Source of the DNA: Planctomycetota bacterium
GTDB lineage: Bacteria > Planctomycetota > UBA8108 > SXIK01
NCBI GenBank assembly: GCA_965223265.1
Contig: OZ244999.1
Span: 6,848,001 to 6,912,000, forward strand
DNA length: 64,000 nucleotides
Reading direction: 5' to 3'
Both the position numbers and the translations under genes were made by a program. The notes beneath the pieces were generated by a model that ran no database searches, was not told the DNA's origin, and worked only from the letters and a program-made list of their open reading frames with translations. Positions 29,309-36,938 of this stretch are shown piece by piece. The number at the start of each line of letters is the position of its first letter. Positions within the stretch are counted from its first letter, which is position 1.

Positions 29309-30343
29309 ATGCCATTCCGAATGATCTGTATCGCGGTGCCCTTTTTCGCCTTTGGCTGCACCGATGGCGGTGGCGACAACGCGAGCGAGACATTCACCGT
29401 GCGCATGGCGACGCTCTTCGGGAAGGAACATCACTTGGCGCAAAAGCTCGAGTGGATGAAGACTGAACTCGAGAAACGAAGCGGTGGACGTTTTCAGTGC
29501 AAGGTCTTTCCTGGGGGTACGGTCGGCGGCGAGAAGGAGAATCTCGAAGACCTTCTCAGCGGCAACCTCGAAGTGATGAATGGCGCCGGAAGCTACTTCT
29601 ACCACTTCGTTCCTGAGGCGAGCGTTCTGGAGTTACCTCACTACCGTTGGCAGAGCAAAAAGCAGGCATGGGAAACTATCCGTGCCTATTGGCCGAAGTT
29701 TGCAGAGGTGTCGGAGAAGAAAGGCTACACCCCCATCGGACTCGATATCCGGGACTACTGGGGCGTCTTTTACAAAACCCCCGTCGACTCCCTAGCCGCC
29801 GTGAAGAACGCCAAGTTCCGCTCCGTCAACGCCGACCTGTGGATCAAGCTGACGGAGGTCTACGGCGCGGTCCCCAACCCGATTCCCTACGCCGACGCAT
29901 ACATGGCGTTCAAGACCGGTGTTGCGGAGGGCTCGCTCGGCTCGGTGACGGGCGCCGTCGCTGCGAATTGGCACGAAGTCCTGAAGTGCTTCTTCGACAC
30001 CCGGCTCGTCTTGAGCGAAAGTCTTATGCTGGCGTCGACCAGCTGGCTCAAGGGGCTGCCGGAAGATCTACGGACTTTGTTTCTCGAGGTGTCGCGCGAG
30101 AGTGAAGAGTTTAACTTCAAAGCGGTCGAGAAGCAGTACGCCGCCAACAAGCAGGAGATGCTCGACGCCGGTGTCAAATGGATCAAGCGTGAAGACATCG
30201 ACATGAGCGAACTCGACGCGAAAGTACCGGCCTGGCGTGACGAGTACATGCAGGCGAAAGGCCCGGAAGTCTTTGCGTTCTACAAGGACTGGCTGTCGCA
30301 CGTGGAAGAATACGCAGCCAAGTTCAATGCTGAGAACGGCTAA
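29309..30343 (+). CDS. dctP: TRAP transporter substrate-binding protein (lipoprotein)
   Basis: Lipobox FAFGC, ELEKRSGGRF..VFPGGTVGGE, KFRSV and YGAVPNPIPYADAYMAFKTGV. Confidence 0.9.
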   Translation: MPFRMICIAVPFFAFGCTDGGGDNASETFTVRMATLFGKEHHLAQKLEWMKTELEKRSGGRFQCKVFPGGTVGGEKENLEDLLSGNLEVMNGAGSYFYHFVPEASVLELPHYRWQSKKQAWETIRAYWPKFAEVSEKKGYTPIGLDIRDYWGVFYKTPVDSLAAVKNAKFRSVNADLWIKLTEVYGAVPNPIPYADAYMAFKTGVAEGSLGSVTGAVAANWHEVLKCFFDTRLVLSESLMLASTSWLKGLPEDLRTLFLEVSRESEEFNFKAVEKQYAANKQEMLDAGVKWIKREDIDMSELDAKVPAWRDEYMQAKGPEVFAFYKDWLSHVEEYAAKFNAENG

Positions 30344-30400
30344 TCACGTCGACCGGGTGGCTCCGAGGATCCACGCAGTAGCCGACGAACAGGGATCACG

Positions 30401-30976
30401 TTGACGCCCAGCGCCGCGCACCTCAACACCTACACGAAGGTCACGCGGCGGCTCGTCGAAAGCGTGGCGGTGCTGCTGTTCGTCACCGTCTTGTGCCTAC
30501 AGGCGGTCAACATCTTCCTGCGCTATGTCCCCGCACTGTCGCCGTGGATGTGGGTGGAGGATTTGACCAAGTACGCGCTCATATGGAGCTTCTTTCTCCT
30601 CTGGCACCTCGCTGATCGCAGCGGTAGTCACTTCTCGGTCGATGTGCTGACATCGAGGCTGCCGCCGAAAGGGCGGAAGTTTCTCGACTGCGTCGGACAT
30701 GCCATTGCGATCTTCTTCGCCGCAGCCGTGATCTACAGCGCCGTTCGATTCATTCCCACCGGCATGCAGTACCCGACGAACTCGTTTTCGTGGATCCCGA
30801 TGGGAGTGATCTACTTCGTGATTCCGGTGGGGCTCAGCCTCGTCCTCATCGAACGCGTGCTGCTTCTCGTAGCTCGCCTGAGGCGGACAGCTGACGAAAG
30901 CGCGGCGCCGCCTGGTCTCGACGTGGAGAGTTCAACTGACGAGTTAAGCGACTCCTCAGGAGGCGTTCCAACGTAA
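30401..30976 (+). CDS. dctQ: TRAP transporter small permease
   Basis: Four TM segments, NIFLRY, WVEDLTKYALIW and HFSVDVL; lies between dctP and dctM. Confidence 0.88.
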   Translation: MTPSAAHLNTYTKVTRRLVESVAVLLFVTVLCLQAVNIFLRYVPALSPWMWVEDLTKYALIWSFFLLWHLADRSGSHFSVDVLTSRLPPKGRKFLDCVGHAIAIFFAAAVIYSAVRFIPTGMQYPTNSFSWIPMGVIYFVIPVGLSLVLIERVLLLVARLRRTADESAAPPGLDVESSTDELSDSSGGVPT

Positions 30977-30984
30977 CTGCAGCC

Positions 30985-32280
30985 ATGCTGACTGTCGCGA
31001 TTCTCTTCGGCCTTATGCTCTTTCTGGTCCTCCTCGGCGTGCCGCTGGTTTACAGCATCGGCGCCGCGGCAGCGGTCGTCATCTTCGCTCAAGACGACAT
31101 GAACGTGACACTCCTCGCGGCGAGGATGTTCAAGGGCGTCGACAACTTTGTCCTCGCATCGATTCCCTTCTTTCTCCTCGCCGCAGAGCTGCTCACCAGT
31201 GGCGGACTCGTGCACCGCATCGTTCGCTTCGCGCAGCTGCTCATCGGCCACGTGCGCGGCGGGCTGGCGCAGGCAAACATCTTAGTGAGCATGGTCTTCG
31301 CAGGAATTCAGGCCTCGTGCACTGCGGACAGCGCCGCAATCGGCGGTGTCTTGATTCCTGCCATGACCAAAGAGAAGTACGACAAAGACATCAGCGTCGT
31401 CGTCACCGCGACGTCTTCGTGTTGCGGCCCGATCATCCCGCCGAGCATCCTGATGATCCTCTACGCCTTTCTCACCGAGACTTCCGTGGCGAAGCTCTTT
31501 CTCGGCGGCGCGATCCCGGGACTCCTGCTCGGCTTCGCCCTCATGGCGATCACGCACTTCTGGGTCGTACGGCGCGGCTACAAAAAGAGCCGTGAGCGGA
31601 TGGCTCCAGCACGCGAGATCGGTTCCGCCGCTGTGTCGTCGTCGCCGGCGTTCCTCGTGCCTCTGATCATTCTGGTCGGTCTTGTCGGCGGGATCGTCAC
31701 ACCGACGGAGGCTGGAGTTCTTTCTTGCGTCGCCGCACTCGTCGTCGCCGGTCTCTTCTACCGCGAGCTGACGCCTTCGCGCTGCGTCGGCGCCGTCAAA
31801 CGCGCGGCACACACGACCGCGCTCATCTGGGCCGTGATCGCCGTATCGACGGTCTTCTCAGAAATTCTCGTGCGCAATCTGTTTGCAGACGCGCTCATCG
31901 AGACGATCGCCGTGATCACTACAAGTCCGACCGGCGTGCTATTGATCATTGCGCTCGTCGTGTTTCTGCTCGGCATGGTGATCGACACGACACCGCTCCT
32001 CATCATGCTCGCCAGCCCGCTCTACATCGCCGGCAAGCAGGTCGGCATTGACCCAGTCCAGCTCGGCGTCGTCCTCGTCATGACCGCGCTCATCGGCACG
32101 GTCAGTCCACCGGTGTCGATCCTGCTGTGCCTCAACTGCAGCATCGCGCGCATCCCGCTCAGCGCCACGTTCCGCGTCATCTGGTCCTACCTGGCGGTGA
32201 TGCTGGCCGTCGTTGCGCTGTGCATCCTGTTTCCGCAGTTGGTGACCTGGTTGCCGGGGGTGTTTGACTCAGCACGCTGA
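30985..32280 (+). CDS. dctM: TRAP transporter large permease
   Basis: LASIPFFLLAAEL, RGGLAQANI, GPIIPPSILMI, LFLGGAIPG, TPTEAG and GIDPVQLG. Confidence 0.95.
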   Translation: MLTVAILFGLMLFLVLLGVPLVYSIGAAAAVVIFAQDDMNVTLLAARMFKGVDNFVLASIPFFLLAAELLTSGGLVHRIVRFAQLLIGHVRGGLAQANILVSMVFAGIQASCTADSAAIGGVLIPAMTKEKYDKDISVVVTATSSCCGPIIPPSILMILYAFLTETSVAKLFLGGAIPGLLLGFALMAITHFWVVRRGYKKSRERMAPAREIGSAAVSSSPAFLVPLIILVGLVGGIVTPTEAGVLSCVAALVVAGLFYRELTPSRCVGAVKRAAHTTALIWAVIAVSTVFSEILVRNLFADALIETIAVITTSPTGVLLIIALVVFLLGMVIDTTPLLIMLASPLYIAGKQVGIDPVQLGVVLVMTALIGTVSPPVSILLCLNCSIARIPLSATFRVIWSYLAVMLAVVALCILFPQLVTWLPGVFDSAR

Positions 32281-32378
32281 GCCCCAGCCTCCGTCTCTGA
32301 CTCTGGCACCATTGTTGGCCCTGTGCGCTTCTGACTCGGAATCGGTTCTGGCTCGGTCTCTGTTTCTCAGTCCCTATA

Positions 32379-32484
32379 TACGGATACAGAGACGGAATCA
32401 GATATACAGATACAGATACAGATACGGGATACGGACACAGAGGCAGAAACAGATACGGATACAGAGGCGGAGTCAGAAGCAGAG
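32379..32484. repeat. Hexamer-periodic tract (GATACA/GATACG/GAGGCA)n
   Basis: tacggatacagagacggaatcagatatacagatacagatacagatacgggatacggacacagaggcagaaacagatacggatacagaggcggagtcagaagcagag. Confidence 0.75.
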
Positions 32485-32504
32485 TACTCGTACGCCCACG
32501 CCCA

Positions 32505-32986
32505 CGCACTCGCACTCGCACTCGCTTGCGAGACCGGACGGCACACGGAGTGTGCCTGCTACTTTAGCAACGCACTCGCACTCGCACTCGCACTCGCTTG
32601 CGAGACCGGACGGCACACGGAGTGTGCCTGCTACTTTAGCAACGCACTCGCACTCGCTTGCGAGACCGGACGGCACACGGAGTGTGCCTGCTACTTTAGC
32701 AACGCACTCGCACTCGCACTCGCACTCGCACTCGCACTCGCACTCGCTTGCGAGACCGGACGGCACACGGAGTGTGCCTGCTACTTTAGCAACGCACTCG
32801 CACTCGCACTCGCTTGCGAGACCGGACGGCACACGGAGTGTGCCTGCTACTTTAGCAACGCACTCGCACTCGCTTGCGAGACCGGACGGCACACGGAGTG
32901 TGCCTGCTACTTTAGCAACGCACTCGCACTCGCTTGCGAGACCGGACGGCACACGGGGAGTGTGCCTGCTACTTTAGCAACGCACT
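32505..32986. repeat. Tandem array of seven 48-bp REP-containing units separated by (CGCACT)n
   Basis: Unit cgcttgcgagaccggacggcacacggagtgtgcctgctactttagcaa starts at 32523, 32595, 32655, 32745, 32811, 32871 and 32931 (the last has +GG). Hexamer counts are 3|4,2,7,3,2,2|1. Confidence 0.95.
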
Positions 32987-33102
32987 CGCTCACCAGCCTC
33001 ACGTCTCGCTTCCCTACAGCGTGATGACTGGGACTGCCCGGGCGATCGCGGGCCGGGAGACTTGCGACTCGAGTGACCGCTCCGCGTCGTTCAGCCGATC
33101 GC

Positions 33103-34563
33103 TCAGGCGACCACCTCCTCAAGCACCTCACCGCCAATATCGGTCAGGCGTCGGAAGCGTCCCGCGTGCAGGTAGGTGAGCTTCTTGTCGTCGAGTCCGA
33201 GTAGGTGCAAGAGCGTGGCGTGAACGTCGCGCACGTGGATAAAACGGCCGACCGAGCGGACACCGAACTCGTCCGTCTGACCAACCGTCGTGCCGCCCTT
33301 GACGCGTCCGCCGGCCATCCACATCGTCAGCGCGTACGAGTTGTGCTCGCGGCCTGGTCGTTTGCCGAGCTCGCCGTTTTTGAACGGCGTCCGCCCCATT
33401 TCCGAAGCCCAGACGACCAGCGTCTTCTCGAACAGTCCACGTTGTTTCAGATCCTCAAGGAGCGCGCCGATCGGTTGATCGACCTCTGCGCAGTGGCGCG
33501 GCAAGCCGGCGGCGATATTGCCATGGTCGTCCCAGCTGTGGCGGCCAATCTGCACGCCGTGGACAAGCATGGTGAAACGCACGCCCTTTTCGACCAGGCG
33601 ACGCGCCAACAGACACTGGCGGCCAAAGCCGGCTGTATGCTCCTGATCGAGACCGTAGAGATTCCTGACATCCTGCGATTCACGCGAAATGTCGACCAAC
33701 TCCGGTGCCTCTGCCTGCATGCGGAATGCCAGCTCATAGGCGTGAATCCGCGCTTCCAGTTCCGTCGCACCCGAACGATCGGCCAGGTGCTTTTCGTTAA
33801 GGAACTTGAGCGCATCGAACTCGCGCCTTTGTTGCTCGCGTGTGATCCCTTCAGGTCGCTTGAGGTTGAGAATCGGGGTACCTACGGGACGCAGAAGCGT
33901 GCCTTGATACGCCGCCGGCAAGTAGCCATTACCCCAAACCGCCGCGCCGTTGACGGGTGCGCCACGCGGATCTTGGACCACAACATACCCAGGCATGTCC
34001 TGGTTCGGGCTGCCGAGACCATAGCTCACCCACGACCCCACGGACGCGCCGCCGGGGAACTGGTCTCCCGTCGTCACGTGCAGCGTCGACGGCCCGTGAT
34101 TCTGGTTGTCGGTCTTGATGCCATGGACGAACGCCAAATCATCAACGTGGCGTGCAATGTGTGGCACGAGCGACGACATGTAGCGACCGCACTTGCCATG
34201 GCGCGAGAACTCAAACGGACTGGCAAGGCAGCGGTGATCGAAAGCGAGCCGGCTCTCGAGCTCTCCCTTGACGTTCGGAACGCGCGGCAGCGGCTTGTTG
34301 TGCACTTTCGCGAGCGCCGGCTTGTACTCGAACGTATCCATGTGGCTGACGCCGCCGCCCATGAACATAAAGATGCAGTGTTCTGCGTGACCGAGAAGAT
34401 CCGGCTCGCGCAGTCTGAGCGGATTGGTCTCGCCACTCTCCGCTCCGAGCTCATCGGCGAGCATGCCCGCAAGGGCGAGCGCACCAAGGCCGTTCAGATT
34501 CCGGCAGAGGAAGTCCCTGCGCGTGGTGGTGGGTGCCGGTTCGCGATCGAATCGATTCTCCAT
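33103..34563 (-). CDS. DUF1501 family protein (Tat-exported, sulfatase-like)
   Basis: TRRDFL Tat motif, IFMFMGGGVSHMDTF, FGRQCLLARRLVEKGVRF, WDDH and SEMGRTP. Confidence 0.92.
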   Translation of the reverse strand: MENRFDREPAPTTTRRDFLCRNLNGLGALALAGMLADELGAESGETNPLRLREPDLLGHAEHCIFMFMGGGVSHMDTFEYKPALAKVHNKPLPRVPNVKGELESRLAFDHRCLASPFEFSRHGKCGRYMSSLVPHIARHVDDLAFVHGIKTDNQNHGPSTLHVTTGDQFPGGASVGSWVSYGLGSPNQDMPGYVVVQDPRGAPVNGAAVWGNGYLPAAYQGTLLRPVGTPILNLKRPEGITREQQRREFDALKFLNEKHLADRSGATELEARIHAYELAFRMQAEAPELVDISRESQDVRNLYGLDQEHTAGFGRQCLLARRLVEKGVRFTMLVHGVQIGRHSWDDHGNIAAGLPRHCAEVDQPIGALLEDLKQRGLFEKTLVVWASEMGRTPFKNGELGKRPGREHNSYALTMWMAGGRVKGGTTVGQTDEFGVRSVGRFIHVRDVHATLLHLLGLDDKKLTYLHAGRFRRLTDIGGEVLEEVVA

Positions 34564-34634
34564 GGCTCTTCTTCAAGTTGGCGTCTGCGGCGAATTCCCG
34601 CGAGAATCCGCGAAAACAAAGTGTCGCCTCAGTT

Positions 34635-36905
34635 TCAATCGATATAGACAAACTCGTTCAGATTGAAGAGAACACGACATACGGCAACGAGCCCGTCGTC
34701 TGGGGCGCTGGACTCTTGCACCAAGTCGAGACAGTGGGCCATCTCGTCGTCGCCCGGGGTTCTCCCGAGAGCGAGACGAAACGCGTGTGTGATTTGCTCG
34801 CGCACCTCGTCGCCCGTCTCCTTTCGCACGCGTGCAGCGAAGTGCCGCGCCTCGGTGTTGGCAAGCTCACCATTGTAGAGCTCCAGCGACTGCAGCGCTG
34901 TCACCGACACGCGACGCGTCGACCGGGACGTATCGCACACGAGTGCATCGAACGAGTCCAAAAACGGCATGTTGAGCGTCCGCTGCTGGTAGATGTAGAT
35001 GCTGCGTCGACGCGCTTCAGCGCCAGTGGTCGTGTCCCACTTGCTGCGGCTGTACTTGACCTCTTCGTCGAGGTTCCCAGGCAGCGGCGGAAAAATCGGC
35101 AGTCCGAACTGCTCGGGATTGAGCCTGCCGCTCACCGTCAAAATCGCATCCCGAATAGCCTCCGCCTCAAGGCGCTGGCGCGGGAAACGCCAAAGAAGCT
35201 TATTTTCGGGATCGAGCTCCTGCTCCGCGCGCTCGTTGACATGTCGTGACGTCTGCCGATAGGTACTCGAGTTCACCATGAGACGGTGCATCGATTTGAT
35301 GCTCCACTGCGCGTCGACGAACTCGCGCGCCAGCCAATCCAAAAGATCAGGATGCGTCGGCGGCGCGCCGAGCTCCCCGAAGTCGCTCGGCGTGGCGACG
35401 ATGCCGCGGCCGAAGTGATGGTGCCAAAGACGGTTCACCATCACCCGCGCCGTGAGCGGGTGATCAGGGCGCGTGATCCAGTCCGCTAACACCTTGCGGC
35501 GCCCACGCGTCGGCCAACGCTGGAACGGATCGATCGGTATCTTCGCCGGTGTTTGGTTCCCTGTGATGGCACTCAAAAAGCCAGGCCGAACGACCTCGCC
35601 GAGGTGGTTGAATTCGCCGCGCACCATGACATAAGACGTCGGCACACCAGGCTCGTAGGGCGGACCGAACGAGTGACGCAGCGACAGCGCGACCGGTTGC
35701 AGGCGCTTGATGCGCTGGCGGATGAGGTGCGGCTGGTTGTCCAGCTCGCGATAGAGTTCCCGCTCTTCGGCGCTCAGCGCTGAGTCGGTCTCGTCGCGGA
35801 TCGCCTTCTTGACGTCGTCGACAGACACGGGGTCCGCAGCTCCGCGCACCTCGGTCAGCTTACGCTGCAAACGCGCGACGTAGGCATCGAGAGCCTTCTT
35901 CGCTCCCTCGAGTTCACCCTCGTATTCGGTCCTCTTCTTTTCAGCCCACTCCGACTCACCCGGACGGTAGAACTCCGCGGGTTGAGGACCACCGATCTGG
36001 TAGATATCGCCGTGCTCAGGAGGGGTGATCTGAATCGTGTCGAAGAAGGCCTTCATGCGATAGAAGTCCTTCGTCGGGATGGCGTCGTACTTGTGATCGT
36101 GGCACTTGGCGCAGCCGATCGTCAGCCCCAGGAACACCGAACCGACCGTGGATGTCATCTCGCTGAGCATCTCGTGGCGCGTCTCGTCGCCCCGCGGCTC
36201 GGTGAACGGCGCCAAACGCAGAAAGGTCATAGCGACGACATACTCAGGCTTCGGCACCGGGAGCGATCCGGCGCCCATGATCTGCTTGAGCTCATCGCCG
36301 GCGAGCTGCTCACGGACGAACTGGTCGTACGGCTTGTCGCTGTTGAACGCGTCGATGACGTAGTCGCGGTAACGCCACGCGTTCGGTAGGTCAGGATCAC
36401 CTTCGTACCCGGCCGTGTCAGCATAGCGCGCCAAGTCGAGCCAAAAGCGAGCCCACCGCTCGCCGTATCGCGAGTCATCGAGCAGTTTGTCGACGAGGGC
36501 GTCATACGCCTTCGCGTCCTCCGACTCCACGAACGCGTCGACTTCCTCTGGCGTCGGCGGCAAACCGATGAGGTCAAAATAGAGTCTTCGGACGAGATCG
36601 CGTTTCGAAGCTTCCGGGGCGGGAAGCAGCGACGCTTCCTCCAATCGCTTGAGGACAAAGCGATCGATGTCGTTGCGTGCCCAATCCGCTCCCTTCACCG
36701 TGGGAGGGTCTATGCGCTCAGGAGGCGTCAGATGCCACGGGCGGGCAGCCTTCGCGGCCGCCGGAGCGCCGAGCAGCGTGCCGCCGCACCAAAGGAGCGT
36801 TGCACAGAGAATTGCTGCGAAATGACCACGCATACGTTCTGCTAACCAACCTTTTTTCGTACGACCGATTCCCCTAAAATCCGGGGATACAAAACACCGT
36901 GCCAT
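34635..36905 (-). CDS. DUF1549/DUF1553 (PSD1) domain protein
   Basis: NDIDRFV, RRLYFDLIGLPPT, YGERWARFWLDLARYAD, CAKCHDHKYD, ARVMVNRLW and PTHPDLLDWLA. The true start is probably a little downstream (MRGHFAAIL). Confidence 0.92.
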   Translation of the reverse strand: MARCFVSPDFRGIGRTKKGWLAERMRGHFAAILCATLLWCGGTLLGAPAAAKAARPWHLTPPERIDPPTVKGADWARNDIDRFVLKRLEEASLLPAPEASKRDLVRRLYFDLIGLPPTPEEVDAFVESEDAKAYDALVDKLLDDSRYGERWARFWLDLARYADTAGYEGDPDLPNAWRYRDYVIDAFNSDKPYDQFVREQLAGDELKQIMGAGSLPVPKPEYVVAMTFLRLAPFTEPRGDETRHEMLSEMTSTVGSVFLGLTIGCAKCHDHKYDAIPTKDFYRMKAFFDTIQITPPEHGDIYQIGGPQPAEFYRPGESEWAEKKRTEYEGELEGAKKALDAYVARLQRKLTEVRGAADPVSVDDVKKAIRDETDSALSAEERELYRELDNQPHLIRQRIKRLQPVALSLRHSFGPPYEPGVPTSYVMVRGEFNHLGEVVRPGFLSAITGNQTPAKIPIDPFQRWPTRGRRKVLADWITRPDHPLTARVMVNRLWHHHFGRGIVATPSDFGELGAPPTHPDLLDWLAREFVDAQWSIKSMHRLMVNSSTYRQTSRHVNERAEQELDPENKLLWRFPRQRLEAEAIRDAILTVSGRLNPEQFGLPIFPPLPGNLDEEVKYSRSKWDTTTGAEARRRSIYIYQQRTLNMPFLDSFDALVCDTSRSTRRVSVTALQSLELYNGELANTEARHFAARVRKETGDEVREQITHAFRLALGRTPGDDEMAHCLDLVQESSAPDDGLVAVCRVLFNLNEFVYID

Positions 36906-36938
36906 TTTAAGGTACAGCGCCAGAACGAGTCAAAGCGT

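Noticed and set aside
32264-32977. His/Ser-repeat ORF (+) and Glu/Cys-repeat ORF (32473-32952, -) as metal-binding proteins
   Set aside because: The frames stay open only because all repeat lengths are multiples of 6; there is no convincing RBS or start.
32505-32986. CRISPR array
   Set aside because: The spacers are not unique sequences, only (CGCACT)n; the repeat is a GTAG REP; and there are no cas genes in the window.
33205-34647. Long antisense ORFs (also 539-1672, 14807-15751, 44108-45070 and others)
   Set aside because: They are shadows of well-supported genes on the opposite strand, as expected in GC-rich DNA.
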